A stretch of 63,025 nucleotides of DNA from Vicinamibacterales bacterium (GTDB lineage: Bacteria; Acidobacteriota; Vicinamibacteria; Vicinamibacterales; UBA2999): assembly GCA_035646375.1 (NCBI GenBank), contig DASRPM010000098.1, forward strand, positions 1 through 63,025. Direction: 5' to 3'. How positions within the stretch are numbered: position 1 is the stretch's first letter; every line of letters begins with the position of its first letter. Positions 51,108 through 61,645 of the stretch are shown one piece after another. The notes beneath the pieces are model-generated. The model saw nothing but the letters and a program-made list of their open reading frames with translations. It did no database searches and had not been told where the DNA came from. Made by a program: the position numbers and the translations under genes.

Positions 51108-51647
51108 ATGTCTCTGAAAGCGGTGCTGCTCGACCTCACCCGATACCGGCAGCCGCTGACGCACGTCACCAAGACGTTCCAGCCGGCGGATCTCGGGGGT
51201 GAGGGCGACGCGTATCAGGTGGTAGAGCCGGTCGAGCTCGAGTTCGACCTGCACAAGGACAAGGATCGATTCCGGATCGAAGGCAGGGCGCGTACGGTGC
51301 TGGAACTGGCGTGCAGCCGCTGCCTGGAGCCCTATCGTCTGCCGGTGGATGCCGCCTTCGATCTGCGGTGTCTGCCGGTATCGGAGCGGTCCTCGGGCGA
51401 CGACACGGAAGTCGCGGAAGAGGACGTGGACGTCAGCTTCTACCAGGATGACCAGATCGATCTGAGCGACCTCCTGCGCGAGCAGTTCTACCTGGCGCTG
51501 CCCATGAAGCCGCTGTGTCAGGAGGAGTGCCGCGGGCTGTGCCCGCAGTGCGGAGTGAACAGGAACACGGGCACGTGCGACTGCGGGCCGGGCTGGGAAG
51601 ACCCCCGGCTGGCGCCGCTCAAAGGTTTGATAAAAGGAACATCGTAG
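51108..51647 (+). CDS. yceD: YceD/DUF177 family protein
   Basis: C-terminal CxxxCxGLCxxCGxNxNxxxCxC pattern (CQEECRGLCPQCGVNRNTGTCDC). Sits upstream of rpmF, as is usual. Confidence 0.88.
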   Translation: MSLKAVLLDLTRYRQPLTHVTKTFQPADLGGEGDAYQVVEPVELEFDLHKDKDRFRIEGRARTVLELACSRCLEPYRLPVDAAFDLRCLPVSERSSGDDTEVAEEDVDVSFYQDDQIDLSDLLREQFYLALPMKPLCQEECRGLCPQCGVNRNTGTCDCGPGWEDPRLAPLKGLIKGTS

Positions 51648-51649
51648 AC

Positions 51650-51835
51650 ATGCCGAATCCCAAACGCCGCCATTCGAAGACGCGCACGGCCAAGCGCCGC
51701 ACCCACGACGCGCTGACCGCCACGACGACCGGCCAGTGCCCGAAGTGCAAGGAGCTCACGACGCCGCATCGCGTCTGCTGGAACTGCGGCTACTATCGCG
51801 AGCGGCAGGTCCGGGCCGGCGCGGCCGACGAGTAA
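51650..51835 (+). CDS. rpmF: 50S ribosomal protein L32
   Basis: MPNPKRRHSKTRTAKRRTH...CPKC...HRVC..CGYY. ATG at 51650. Confidence 0.93.
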   Translation: MPNPKRRHSKTRTAKRRTHDALTATTTGQCPKCKELTTPHRVCWNCGYYRERQVRAGAADE

Positions 51836-51907
51836 CAGTCGCGACGCGCGTCACCCGCATCGGTCTGACAGCTCCAGGGCCGGGACCGCGGCCGGGCACG
51901 CCGAATA

Positions 51908-52912
51908 ATGCTTCGCATTGCCGTTGATGCCATGGGCGGTGACCATGCCCCGGCCGTCGTGGTCGAGGGGGCACTGGCTGCCGCACGCCATCTCGACGTC
52001 CGGGTGCTGCTCGTGGGCCCCGAGGCGCAGGTGACGTCCGTACTCCGTCCGCTCGCCGGCGGCTACGCGGGCGCGCTCGAGGTCGTGGACGCCGAGGAGA
52101 CAGTCTCGAACGACGAGCCCGCCGCGCTCGCGCTGCGCCGCCGGCCGCGCGCCGCCATCCGCGTTGCCGCCGAACTCGTCGCCGCCGGCGACGCCGATGC
52201 GCTCGTCAGCGCCGGCCACACTGGCGCCACCGTGGTGTCGGCGCGCGCCGCCTTCGGCATGATTCCGGGCGTCGATCGCCCGGCGCTCGCGGCCATCATC
52301 CCGACGGAGACGGGCTCGGCCGTGCTCGTCGACGCCGGCGCGAACGTCGAGTGCCGCCCGTCGCATCTCGTCCAGTTCGCCATCATGGGCGAGGCCTACG
52401 CGCGGCTCGTGCTCGGCGTCGAGCGCCCGCGCGTCGGACTGCTGTCGATCGGCGAGGAACCCAACAAGGGCAACGAGCTCACGCGCGAGGCCCACCGGCT
52501 GCTCAAGAGCGCACCGGTCGGATTCATCGGCAACATCGAAGGGCGCGAGATCTACAGCGGCGCCGCCGACGTGGTGGTCTGCGACGGGTTCACGGGCAAC
52601 GTGGTGCTGAAGACCACGGAGGGGCTCATCGAAACGGTCGAACGGCTGCTCCGCGCCGAGCTGCGCGGCACCTTCACGAGCGACACGGGCGCCGTGCTGT
52701 CGCGCCGCGCCTTCCGGCGCCTCCGCCGCCGCGTGGACTACTCCGAATACGGCGGGGCGCCGCTGCTCGGGGTCGCCGGCACGGCCATCGTCGCGCACGG
52801 CCGCTCGTCGGCCAGGGCCATCCGCAACGCCATCGCCATGGCCGCGCGGCTCGCGTCGAGCGAGGTCGTGGCACAGGTCACGCGCGGCGTCGCCGTGGCG
52901 GGGGTGTCGTGA
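51908..52912 (+). CDS. plsX: phosphate acyltransferase PlsX
   Basis: IAVDAMGGDHAP...SAGHTGA...CDGFTGNVVLKT. Confidence 0.93.
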   Translation: MLRIAVDAMGGDHAPAVVVEGALAAARHLDVRVLLVGPEAQVTSVLRPLAGGYAGALEVVDAEETVSNDEPAALALRRRPRAAIRVAAELVAAGDADALVSAGHTGATVVSARAAFGMIPGVDRPALAAIIPTETGSAVLVDAGANVECRPSHLVQFAIMGEAYARLVLGVERPRVGLLSIGEEPNKGNELTREAHRLLKSAPVGFIGNIEGREIYSGAADVVVCDGFTGNVVLKTTEGLIETVERLLRAELRGTFTSDTGAVLSRRAFRRLRRRVDYSEYGGAPLLGVAGTAIVAHGRSSARAIRNAIAMAARLASSEVVAQVTRGVAVAGVS

Positions 52913-53874
52913 GCGGCCGCGTCGCCTTCGTGTTTCCGGGACAGGGATCGCAGGAGGTCGGGATGGGCGTGGCGCTGGCCGCCGCCTTCCCGGAGGCCGC
53001 CGCCGCGCTGGCGGAGGCCGAATCGGCGTTCACCGCCGCGGCCAACGGGTCGGCCGCCGGCGTCTCGCTGCGGGCGATGCTCGCCGAGGGTCCAGAGGAT
53101 CGGCTCACCCTGACCGAACACGCGCAGCCGGCGATTCTCGCTGTCAGCGTCGCGGCCGCGCGCGTGCTGGCCGCGCACGGCATCGAGCCGTCGTTCGTGG
53201 CCGGGCACAGCCTTGGCGAGTACTCGGCGCACGTCGCCGCCGGCACCTTCTCGCTGGCCGACGGCGTGGCCATCGTCCGGCGGCGCGGCCGCTACATGCA
53301 GGAGTCGGTGCCGGTCGGCACCGGTGCCATGGCCGCTGTCCTCGGCCTCGATGCCGCGCTGGTCGAACAGGCCTGCCGCGAAGCTGCCGACGGCGAGGTG
53401 GTGAGCCCGGCCAACCTCAACGCGCCCGGACAGGTGGCCATTGCCGGCCATGCCGCCGCCGTCGCCCGCGCGTCCGTGCGCGCCAAGGCGCTCGGCGCGC
53501 GCCGGGTGGTCCCGCTCACCGTCAGCGCGCCCTTTCACTGCGCCCTCATGAAACCGGCGCAGGATCGGCTCGAGCCGGAGCTGCGGGGGCTCTCCACCAG
53601 CGCGCCCCGCGTGCCGGTCGTGGCCAACGTGGACGCCGAGCCGAAGTGTGACGCCGGGGCCGGAGTGGACGCGCTGGTCCGCCAGGTCTCTGCCACCGTG
53701 CGGTGGCAGGACGTCGTGGAGCGGCTGATGGCCGACGGCGTCACGACCTTTGTCGAGGTCGGGCCCGGCACCGTGCTCGCCGGCCTCATCAAACGAATAC
53801 GGAAGGACGCTCACGTGGTGAGCTTCAGCGGGCCAGACCAGCTGGACGCGGTGCGGGCGGCATGTTCGAACTGA
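52909..53874 (+). CDS. fabD: malonyl CoA-ACP transacylase
   Basis: AFVFPGQGSQ..GMG...AGHSLGEYSA. GTGA overlap with the plsX stop. Confidence 0.93.
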   Translation: MSGRVAFVFPGQGSQEVGMGVALAAAFPEAAAALAEAESAFTAAANGSAAGVSLRAMLAEGPEDRLTLTEHAQPAILAVSVAAARVLAAHGIEPSFVAGHSLGEYSAHVAAGTFSLADGVAIVRRRGRYMQESVPVGTGAMAAVLGLDAALVEQACREAADGEVVSPANLNAPGQVAIAGHAAAVARASVRAKALGARRVVPLTVSAPFHCALMKPAQDRLEPELRGLSTSAPRVPVVANVDAEPKCDAGAGVDALVRQVSATVRWQDVVERLMADGVTTFVEVGPGTVLAGLIKRIRKDAHVVSFSGPDQLDAVRAACSN

Positions 53875-54602
53875 CCGGCAAGGTGGCGCTCGTGACCGGC
53901 GCGTCACGCGGCATCGGGCGGGGAATCGCGCTCGCGCTGGCGTCGAGCGGCGCCCACGTCGTGGCCGTGGCGCGCGGCAGCAACGCGGACGGCACCGCCG
54001 ACGCGGTTCGGGCCGCGGGCGGATCCGCGACCGCGGTGGGGGCGGACGTGACCGATTCGGCGTCGGTCGCGGCGATGATGACCGCCGCGCTCCAGCACAA
54101 CGGCCGGCTCGATATCCTGGTGAACAACGCCGGCATCGCGCGCGATCAGCTGATGCTGCGGATGAAGCGCGCGGACTGGGACGAGGTGCTGGCCACCAAC
54201 CTGACGGCGGCCTTCACCGTCGTGCAGGCCGCGCTCAAGCCGATGATCCGGCAGCGAGGCGGGCGCATCATCAGCATCGGCTCGGTGGTAGGGCAGATGG
54301 GCAATGCCGGCCAGGCCAACTACGCGGCCTCGAAGGCGGGGCTCATCGGGTTCAGCAAGGCGATCGCGCGCGAGGTAGCATCCCGGCAGATTACGGTCAA
54401 CGTCGTGGCCCCGGGGCTCGTCGCGACCGACATGACGCAGGCGCTCACCGACAAGGCACAGGGCGACTGGTCGGCCCAGATCCCGCTCGGCCGCATCGGG
54501 ACGGCGGAAGACGTGGCCGCAGCAGTGTGCTTTCTCGCCTCGGATGAGGCGTCGTATATTACAGGGCAGGTTCTCGCCGTCAACGGCGGCATGTATACCT
54601 AG
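53862..54602 (+). CDS. fabG: 3-oxoacyl-ACP reductase
   Basis: [20 protein letters not shown]...NYAASKAG...; SDR family. Confidence 0.93.
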   Translation: MFELTGKVALVTGASRGIGRGIALALASSGAHVVAVARGSNADGTADAVRAAGGSATAVGADVTDSASVAAMMTAALQHNGRLDILVNNAGIARDQLMLRMKRADWDEVLATNLTAAFTVVQAALKPMIRQRGGRIISIGSVVGQMGNAGQANYAASKAGLIGFSKAIAREVASRQITVNVVAPGLVATDMTQALTDKAQGDWSAQIPLGRIGTAEDVAAAVCFLASDEASYITGQVLAVNGGMYT

Positions 54603-54628
54603 GGTGTGACGTTAAACGAGGAGATGTG

Positions 54629-54871
54629 ATGGCTGTAGCAGACAAGGTGAAGAGCATCATCGTTGAGCAGCTCGGGGTCGACGAGGAAGAAGTGACGCCG
54701 GACGCGTCGTTCGTCGACGATCTGGGCGCCGACTCGCTCGACACCGTGGAGCTGGTCATGGCGTTCGAAGAGGAATTCGGCATCGAGATCCCCGACGAGT
54801 CCGCCGAGAAGATCACCCGCGTCAAGGAAGCCATCGACTACATCGAGGCGCACGCGAAGTCCAAGAAGTAA
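54629..54871 (+). CDS. acpP: acyl carrier protein
   Basis: [26 protein letters not shown] (the DSL phosphopantetheine site). The start is ATG 54629 or GTG 54626. Confidence 0.95.
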   Translation: MAVADKVKSIIVEQLGVDEEEVTPDASFVDDLGADSLDTVELVMAFEEEFGIEIPDESAEKITRVKEAIDYIEAHAKSKK

Positions 54872-54891
54872 CCCCATCCATCGGAACGCGC

Positions 54892-56136
54892 GTGGAGAGG
54901 CGGGTCGTCATCACCGGCATCGGTCTGGTGTCCGCGGTGGGCATCGGTACCGGCGCCACATGGAACGCGCTGCTCGCGGGAACGAGCGGCGTCGGCCGGG
55001 TCACGAAGTTCGACGTCACGAACTTCGCGGCGCAGATTGCCGCGGAGGTCCGCGGCTTCGACCCGTTGCAGTTCGTGGACAAGAAAGACGTCAAGAAGAT
55101 GGACGTCTTCATCCAGTACGCCATCGCGGCCTCGCAGTTCGCGATGGACGACTCCGGGCTCCAGATCACGCCGGCCAACGCCACGAACGTCGGCGTCTTC
55201 ATCGGCTCTGGCATCGGCGGGTTCGCCACGATCGAGCGCGAGCACCAGACGCTGCTCGAGAGCGGGCCCCGGCGCATCTCGCCGTTCTTCATTCCCGCGA
55301 TGATCATCAACCTGGCATCGGGCCAGGTGTCGATCCGCTTTGGCGCCAAGGGGCCGAACCTGGCCACCTGCACCGCCTGCTCGGCGTCGGCGCACGCCGT
55401 GGGCGAATCCTACGAGATCATCAGGCGCGGTGACGCCGACGCGATGATTGCCGGCGGGTCGGAAGCCGCCATCACGCCGATGAGCGTCGGCGGCTTCGCG
55501 GCGCTGCGCGCGCTGTCGACCCGCAACGACGAACCGCACCGCGCCAGCCGCCCCTTCGACAAGGACCGCGACGGGTTCGTCATCGGCGAGGGCGCCGGCG
55601 TGGTGGTGATGGAGGAGCTCGAGTCGGCCCGGCGGCGTGGGGCGAAGATCTACGCCGAGGTCGCCGGCTACGGCTCGTCCGCCGACGCCTTTCACATCAC
55701 CGCGCCGTCCGAGGACGGCGACGGCGGGGCCCGGGCGATGCAGATGGCGGTCCGGAAGGCCGGAATCGCCCCCGCGGAGGTGGACTACATCAACGCCCAC
55801 GGCACCTCGACGCCCTTCAACGACCGGCTCGAGACGATGGCGATCAAGACGACCTTCGGCGAGCACGCGCGGCGGCTGGCGATCTCGTCCACCAAGTCGA
55901 TGACCGGGCACCTGCTCGGCGCCGCGGGCGGGCTCGAAGCGGGCATCACCGCGCTGGCGCTCCATCACCAGATCGCGCCGCCCACGATCAACCTCGAGTG
56001 CCCGGACCCGGACTGCGACCTCGACTACGTGCCGAACACCACACGCTCGCTGCCGATGCGGTACGCGCTCTCGAACTCATTCGGGTTCGGCGGCACCAAC
56101 GTCTCGCTGCTCCTGAAGCGGGCGGACGACGCGTAA
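54892..56136 (+). CDS. fabF: 3-oxoacyl-ACP synthase II
   Basis: RRVVITG.G.VS..G...; active-site TACSAS; HGTSTP; GFGG.N. Confidence 0.95.
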   Translation: MERRVVITGIGLVSAVGIGTGATWNALLAGTSGVGRVTKFDVTNFAAQIAAEVRGFDPLQFVDKKDVKKMDVFIQYAIAASQFAMDDSGLQITPANATNVGVFIGSGIGGFATIEREHQTLLESGPRRISPFFIPAMIINLASGQVSIRFGAKGPNLATCTACSASAHAVGESYEIIRRGDADAMIAGGSEAAITPMSVGGFAALRALSTRNDEPHRASRPFDKDRDGFVIGEGAGVVVMEELESARRRGAKIYAEVAGYGSSADAFHITAPSEDGDGGARAMQMAVRKAGIAPAEVDYINAHGTSTPFNDRLETMAIKTTFGEHARRLAISSTKSMTGHLLGAAGGLEAGITALALHHQIAPPTINLECPDPDCDLDYVPNTTRSLPMRYALSNSFGFGGTNVSLLLKRADDA

Positions 56137-56149
56137 GCTCCGGACACCC

Positions 56150-56911
56150 ATGAAGATCGCCGTCTGTATCAAGCAGGTGCCGACGCGGGAGTGGCAGCCG
56201 CGTCTGAACGACGACCGCACCTGGATCCGCGAAGCCGACGCCAGCTTCGAGATGAACGAGCCCGACGCCTACGCGCTCGAAGAGGCGCTGCGGCTGCGAG
56301 AAAAGCACGGCGGGGAAGTGGTGGTGTGCTCCGCGGGTCCCGCGCGCGTGCAGCAGGTGATCCGCGAGGGGCTCGCACGGGGTGCCGACCGCGGCATCCA
56401 CGTGGACGACGCCGGTCTGGGTGCCGCCGACGGGTTCCTGGTGGCGCAGGCGCTGGCGCACGCGATGCGCGACGAAGCCTTCGACCTCGTGCTCACCGGC
56501 CTCCAGTCGGACGACCAGGGCCACGCGCAGACCGGCGTGGCGCTCGCCGAACTGCTGGGCATTCCGCACTCGACCATCATCATGGACGTCGAGGTGTCCG
56601 ACGGCCGCGTGCGGGTGAAGCGCGAGCTCGAAGGCGGCTGGTTCCAGTGGGTGTCGATGCCCACGCCGGCGCTGCTGACGATTCAGAGCGGCATCAACCA
56701 GCTGCGCTACGCCACCCTGAAGGGCATCATGGCGGCGAAGAAGAAAGAGATTCGCGCCGTCGCGCCGCCGGCCGGCCTGTCGGCGGGGCTCCGGATCGTC
56801 GGCCTCGCGCTGCCGTCGAAGTCGAAGCAGACCGCGCTCATCGCGGGGCCGCCGGCCGAAGCCGCGGCGGAACTGGTCCGCCGGCTGCGCGAGGAGGCGC
56901 GGGTCCTGTGA
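56150..56911 (+). CDS. etfB: electron transfer flavoprotein beta subunit
   Basis: MKIAVCIKQVP...; ETF beta fold, 253 aa. Confidence 0.9.
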   Translation: MKIAVCIKQVPTREWQPRLNDDRTWIREADASFEMNEPDAYALEEALRLREKHGGEVVVCSAGPARVQQVIREGLARGADRGIHVDDAGLGAADGFLVAQALAHAMRDEAFDLVLTGLQSDDQGHAQTGVALAELLGIPHSTIIMDVEVSDGRVRVKRELEGGWFQWVSMPTPALLTIQSGINQLRYATLKGIMAAKKKEIRAVAPPAGLSAGLRIVGLALPSKSKQTALIAGPPAEAAAELVRRLREEARVL

Positions 56912-56924
56912 CCGCGAGCCCGCG

Positions 56925-57884
56925 ATGATTCTGGTGGTAGCCGAGCTGCGCGCCGGCACCCTCAACCGCGCGAGCTGGGAAGCCGTCGGGTGCGCACAAC
57001 AGCTGGCCGGTGGAGAACCGCTCGCGGTCCTCGTGCCTGGCGGCGGCGAGGCGGCGAAGCAGCTCGCCGAAGCGGGCGTGGGCGAGGTACTCGCAGTCGA
57101 GGACGCCGCGCTGACGTCCTACATGCCCGACACGCAGGTGGCCGCCGTCGCCGCCGTCATCGCACAGACGACGCCGCGACTGGTCGTGATGGCGCACACC
57201 TATCAGGCGCGCGACTATGCGCCGCGGCTGGCCGCCCGCCTGGGCGCGCCGCTCGTCGCCGACGTGATTGGGGTGAAGGGGAGCGGGGCCGCGGCCACCT
57301 TCCTCCGGCCGATGTTCCAGGGCAAGCTCGTGGCCGAAGTGGCGCCGCATGGAGAGGGCCCGGCCATCGTGACCTGCCAGATCGGCGCGTTTCGAGCCGA
57401 CGCCGTCGTGAAAGGCCCTGCCGCCGCCGTCAGGACGCTGAGCGTGCCCCTCGACGCGTCGCGCCAGACCGTCGAGCCGCCGTTTCAGGAAGCGAAGCAG
57501 GCCGTGGATCTGGGGCAGGCCGAGCGGATCGTGGCCGTGGGCCGGGGCATCAAGGCGCAGGATCAGATCGTGGTGGCCGAGCGCCTGGCCGCCGCCATGG
57601 GCGCCGAGATTGCCGCATCGCGGCCGATCTGCGACAACGGCTGGCTGCCGATGGATCGTCAGGTCGGGAGCTCCGGACAGACCGTGGCGCCGAAGCTGTA
57701 CGTCGCGCTCGGCATCTCCGGGGCGATTCAGCACCTCGTCGGCATGAAGGGGTCTCGCACGATCGTCGCCATCAACAAGGACGCCGACGCGCCGATCTTC
57801 GAGGTGGCCGACTACGGCATCGTAGGCGACCTGTTCGACATCGTGCCCGCCATGACCGCGGAGATCGAAAAGCAGTCACACTAG
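56925..57884 (+). CDS. etfA: electron transfer flavoprotein alpha subunit
   Basis: C-terminal FAD-binding motif (VAPKLYVALGISGAIQHLVGM..S..IVAINKD..APIF..ADYGIVGD). Confidence 0.9.
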   Translation: MILVVAELRAGTLNRASWEAVGCAQQLAGGEPLAVLVPGGGEAAKQLAEAGVGEVLAVEDAALTSYMPDTQVAAVAAVIAQTTPRLVVMAHTYQARDYAPRLAARLGAPLVADVIGVKGSGAAATFLRPMFQGKLVAEVAPHGEGPAIVTCQIGAFRADAVVKGPAAAVRTLSVPLDASRQTVEPPFQEAKQAVDLGQAERIVAVGRGIKAQDQIVVAERLAAAMGAEIAASRPICDNGWLPMDRQVGSSGQTVAPKLYVALGISGAIQHLVGMKGSRTIVAINKDADAPIFEVADYGIVGDLFDIVPAMTAEIEKQSH

Positions 57885-57887
57885 GAC

Positions 57888-59546
57888 GTGGTGGCGAGAG
57901 AGACTCTCGACGTTGACGTCCTGATTGTCGGCGGCGGCCCGGCCGGGCTGTCGGCCGCCATTCGCCTCTCGCAGCTCGCCAAGGCCGTCGGAGGCGACGT
58001 CCCGTCGATTGCCGTCCTCGAGAAGGCCCGCGAGGCGGGCGCGCACCTGCTGTCGGGAGCCGTGCTGGATCTGTCGGCCCTCGCCGAGCTGCTGCCGGAC
58101 TACCGCGCGCTCGGCGCCCCGCTGCTTGCCGACGTCGGGCGCGAGCGCGTCTACTTCCTGACCGAGAATCGGGCGCTGCGCGCGCCCATCATTCCGCCGC
58201 CGCTCGCCAACCACGGCAACGCGATCGTGTCGCTCAACCAGCTTGGACGCTGGCTGGCCGGGCAGGCCGAGGCGGCCGGCGTCGATCTCTTCACCGGATT
58301 CGCCGGCCAGGAAGTGTTGCTCGACGGCACCCGCGTGATCGGCGTCCGTACCGGCGACCGCGGCCGCGGCAAGCACGGCGAGACCAGGGCGAACTTCGAG
58401 CCCGGCGTGGACATCCACGCCAAGGTGACGATTTTCTGCGACGGCGTGCGCGGCAACCTCACCAAACAGCTGCGCCGGCATCTGGCGCTCGGGAAGGGGC
58501 GCGAGCCGGAGCAGTACGCCATCGGGCTCAAGGAGCTGTGGGAAGTGCCGGAGGGGCGCATCGAGCCCGGCACCGTCATGCACACGCTCGGGTACCCGCT
58601 GCGGCACGAGGAGTTCGGCGGCGGCTTCATCTACGCCCTGCCGGACCGCATGGTGTCGCTCGGGCTCGTCGCGGGGCTCGACTACCACGACCCGCTCTTC
58701 GACCCGCACGTGGCGTTCAACCGCTTCAAGCGCCACCCGCTGGTGTCGCGTCTGCTCGACGGCGGCCGCCTCGTACGCTACGGCGCCAAGGCGCTGCCCG
58801 AAGGAGGCTGGAACACCGTACCGCGCGTCTACGCCGACGGCGCGCTCGTGGCGGGCGACGCCGGCAGCTTCGTGAACTCGGTGCGCCTCAAGGGCATCCA
58901 TCTGGCGATGCGAACGGGCATGCTCGCGGCCGAAACCGCCTTCGAGGCGTTGCGGGCCGGTGACACGAGCGCCGCGCGGCTGTCGGCCTACCAGCATCGC
59001 ATCGCGGCGAGCGCCGTGCGGCAGGAGCTGGAACCGGTGCGGAGCGTGCACCAGGCGTTCGGCCTCGGGCTGCTGCCGGGGCTGCTGTTCGCCGGCCTGT
59101 CGATGCTCACGCGCGGACGCTGGCTGGGCGATCTGCGCGCCGCGCCCGGGCACACGCGCATGCGCACGCTGCGCTGGTATTACGGCATCGACATGGCCAG
59201 CCCCACGGCGAGCCGCGCCGTGCCGCCGGATCGCGTGTTGACCTTCGACAAGCTCACCAACGTGCACTTCGCCGGGACGGCACACGACGAGGACCAGCCG
59301 GCGCACCTGCTGGTCCACACGGACGTGTGCACGTCGATCTGCGGCCCCGAATACGGGCACCCGTGCACGCGGTTCTGCCCGGCCAACGTCTACGAGATCG
59401 TCCGCGACCCGGGCGGGGCTGCGCGCCTGCAGATCAACGCCTCGAACTGCGTGCACTGCAAGACGTGCGACATCATGGATCCCTACGGCGTCATCACCTG
59501 GGTGCCGCCCGAGGGCGGCGGCGGGCCGCAGTACACCGGGATGTAA
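57888..59546 (+). CDS. electron transfer flavoprotein-ubiquinone oxidoreductase
   Basis: N-terminal FAD motif DVLIVGGGPAGLSAA. C-terminal 4Fe-4S ferredoxin-like segment (CPANVYE...NCVHCKTCDI...PPEGGGGPQY). Confidence 0.9.
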   Translation: MVARETLDVDVLIVGGGPAGLSAAIRLSQLAKAVGGDVPSIAVLEKAREAGAHLLSGAVLDLSALAELLPDYRALGAPLLADVGRERVYFLTENRALRAPIIPPPLANHGNAIVSLNQLGRWLAGQAEAAGVDLFTGFAGQEVLLDGTRVIGVRTGDRGRGKHGETRANFEPGVDIHAKVTIFCDGVRGNLTKQLRRHLALGKGREPEQYAIGLKELWEVPEGRIEPGTVMHTLGYPLRHEEFGGGFIYALPDRMVSLGLVAGLDYHDPLFDPHVAFNRFKRHPLVSRLLDGGRLVRYGAKALPEGGWNTVPRVYADGALVAGDAGSFVNSVRLKGIHLAMRTGMLAAETAFEALRAGDTSAARLSAYQHRIAASAVRQELEPVRSVHQAFGLGLLPGLLFAGLSMLTRGRWLGDLRAAPGHTRMRTLRWYYGIDMASPTASRAVPPDRVLTFDKLTNVHFAGTAHDEDQPAHLLVHTDVCTSICGPEYGHPCTRFCPANVYEIVRDPGGAARLQINASNCVHCKTCDIMDPYGVITWVPPEGGGGPQYTGM

Positions 59547-60220
59547 TGGCCGCCTCGTGGCGCGATTCGCGCTGGAAACGTGTCCAGGCTGGCGCCATCG
59601 CGGCGCTCGGCTATCCCGTCATCGCCGCGCTCGGCCGTACGCTCCGCTGGCGCGTGTCGGGGTTGCAGCACTTCGACGCCGTCCGCGCCGCCGGTCATCA
59701 GCCCGTGATGGCGTTCTGGCACGGGCGAATCCTGTCCGCCACCGTGTACTTCCGTGGGCGCGGCATCGTGGTGATCACCAGCGAGAACTTCGACGGCGAG
59801 TGGATCGCGGGCATCATCGAACGCTTCGGCTACGGGACGGCACGCGGCTCGACGTCGAGCGGCGGGCGGCGCGCGCTGCTGCAGCTCGTGCGCGCGATGA
59901 AAGCGGGGCGCCCCGCCGGCTTCACGCTCGACGGGCCGCGCGGACCGGCGCGGGTGGCGCAACCCGGCGCCGTCTGGCTGGCCATGGCCACCGGAAACCC
60001 GCTGCTGCCGTTCCACCTCGAAGCCTCGACGTCATGGACGGCCCGCAGCTGGGACCGCACGCAGATTCCCAAGCCGTTCAGCACGGTGGCCCTGGCGGTC
60101 GGCGAGCCGCTGTACGTCGAGCCGCGCGCGCCGGACGCCGCGCTCGAAGCCGCGCGGTTGGAACTGGAGCGTCGCCTCGCGGCGCTCGAGGCGGAGGCGA
60201 AGGCGTTGTTGACGGCTTAG
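59546..60220 (+). CDS. DUF374 / lysophospholipid-acyltransferase-family protein
   Basis: FWHGRIL...ITSENFDGEWIAGIIERFGYGTARGSTSSGG..AL...DGPRGPA matches DUF374 as I recall it. The ATG at 59546 shares one nt with the upstream TAA. Confidence 0.75.
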   Translation: MAASWRDSRWKRVQAGAIAALGYPVIAALGRTLRWRVSGLQHFDAVRAAGHQPVMAFWHGRILSATVYFRGRGIVVITSENFDGEWIAGIIERFGYGTARGSTSSGGRRALLQLVRAMKAGRPAGFTLDGPRGPARVAQPGAVWLAMATGNPLLPFHLEASTSWTARSWDRTQIPKPFSTVALAVGEPLYVEPRAPDAALEAARLELERRLAALEAEAKALLTA

Positions 60221-60241
60221 GGCTTAAGGCTTAGGGCCTGC
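60214..60241. repeat. tandem heptad repeat, short copy R5
   Basis: GGCTTAG GGCTTAA GGCTTAG GGCCTGC. It occupies the entire 21-nt gap between convergent stop codons (60218-60220 and 60242-60244) and includes the first stop. Confidence 0.6.
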
Positions 60242-61645
60242 CTAGTTCCCGGCGTAGCTGAACTCGAGGATGGCGCCTGGATTCGCCAGCGTTCGTGTGC
60301 GCGCACCGGAGCCGTCGATCGTGATGCCGTCGGGGTCGGTGGCGATGTAGAACGTCCGCTGATCGGGTCCCACGGCGAGGTCGCGATAACGGTTGGTCGT
60401 TTTGAAGTACTCGATGGGTGCGCCCGTGGCGGCACGTCCGTCAGCCGAGAGCGGGATGCGGTAGACGAGCCCGCGCAGCATCGTCGGCAGGAGCAGCGAC
60501 GCGCGCCAGCCCGGAACGCCCGTGTCGCTCATCACCATGTCGAGACTGCCGGGAGCGATCGTGTTGCCCGGACGGCGCTGCGCTTCCGTGGCCGGCTCCA
60601 CCGTGAAGAACGTCTGGAGCGGCGGCTTGAAGTCCGGCGCCTGAAAGGTGCTCTCGGCCTGCTGCGGGACGGACGGCGGAATGGCGCCGCGGCCCTGCGG
60701 CGGAAGCGACCCGCACGGCGTGGGCGCCGACGCCGACCAGTTCGCGTAGACGTAGCCCTTCTCGTCGCGATAGCCCGCGACGCGCGGCCAGCCGTAGTTG
60801 CCGCCGGCTTCGATCAGGTTGACCTCGTCGTCCACGTCGGGGCCGTGCTCCGATTCGTACAGCCGGCCGCCCGGGCCGAACACCAGTCCCTGCGGGTTGC
60901 GATGGCCGTACGAAAAGATGTGGCTGCGCACGCCGCCGATCGCCGGGTTGTCGGGCGGAATCGACCCGTCCGGCGCGAGGCGCAGGATCTTCCCCTGATA
61001 GGCGGACCAGTTCCGGGCCGCGATCTCCGCCGGCGTCGGCAGGTCCAGCGCCCGGTTCGGATTGCAGCGGTTGGCGAGGAAGTTCGCGCCCTCGTCGCCC
61101 AGGCTCAGATACAGCATGCCGTCCGGGCCGAACTTCAACCGTCCGGCCACGTGGTCGTCGTGCACCGGCAGCCCGGTCAGCACGTCGACCGGCGCGCCGA
61201 GCCGCCCTGCCGCGGCATCGAACGTGTAGCGGCGCACCGCCATGCGGCGGAGGAACGCGAGGCCCGCGGCGTCGTCGTAGGTGAACGCGAGATAAACGAA
61301 GTCGCGCTGGCGGCCGGCCAGCAGGTCGGGGTGTAACGCCAGGCCGAGCAGGCCGTCCTGGGTCACGCTCTGATGCACATCCGGCAGGACCAGGGCCACG
61401 GTCTGGGCGCCGTTCGCCGGGTTGACGCGCACCACGCGGCGCCCGCGCCGCTCGGTGACCCACAGCTGGCCGTCAGGTCCCCACGTGATCTCCCACGGCG
61501 CATCGAGCCCCTGCGTCACGACACGCATCACGAAGCGCTCGGGAGCAGGTGGACTCTGCGCCGACAGCGCCATCGCGGACGCGGCGGCGGCCGCGAGCCC
61601 GGCGGCGAGCAGTGTGCTGCCGCGCGGTCCGCGGCGGAGCGTCAT
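60242..61645 (-). CDS. PQQ-dependent (soluble glucose/sorbosone dehydrogenase-type) beta-propeller sugar dehydrogenase
   Basis: Start moved to ATG 61645 (MTLRRGPRGSTLLAAGLAAAAASAMALSA signal). GLDAPWEITWGPDGQLWVTERRGR.V.RV and HGPDVDDEVN are typical of the GSDH family. Confidence 0.8.
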   Translation of the reverse strand: MTLRRGPRGSTLLAAGLAAAAASAMALSAQSPPAPERFVMRVVTQGLDAPWEITWGPDGQLWVTERRGRRVVRVNPANGAQTVALVLPDVHQSVTQDGLLGLALHPDLLAGRQRDFVYLAFTYDDAAGLAFLRRMAVRRYTFDAAAGRLGAPVDVLTGLPVHDDHVAGRLKFGPDGMLYLSLGDEGANFLANRCNPNRALDLPTPAEIAARNWSAYQGKILRLAPDGSIPPDNPAIGGVRSHIFSYGHRNPQGLVFGPGGRLYESEHGPDVDDEVNLIEAGGNYGWPRVAGYRDEKGYVYANWSASAPTPCGSLPPQGRGAIPPSVPQQAESTFQAPDFKPPLQTFFTVEPATEAQRRPGNTIAPGSLDMVMSDTGVPGWRASLLLPTMLRGLVYRIPLSADGRAATGAPIEYFKTTNRYRDLAVGPDQRTFYIATDPDGITIDGSGARTRTLANPGAILEFSYAGN

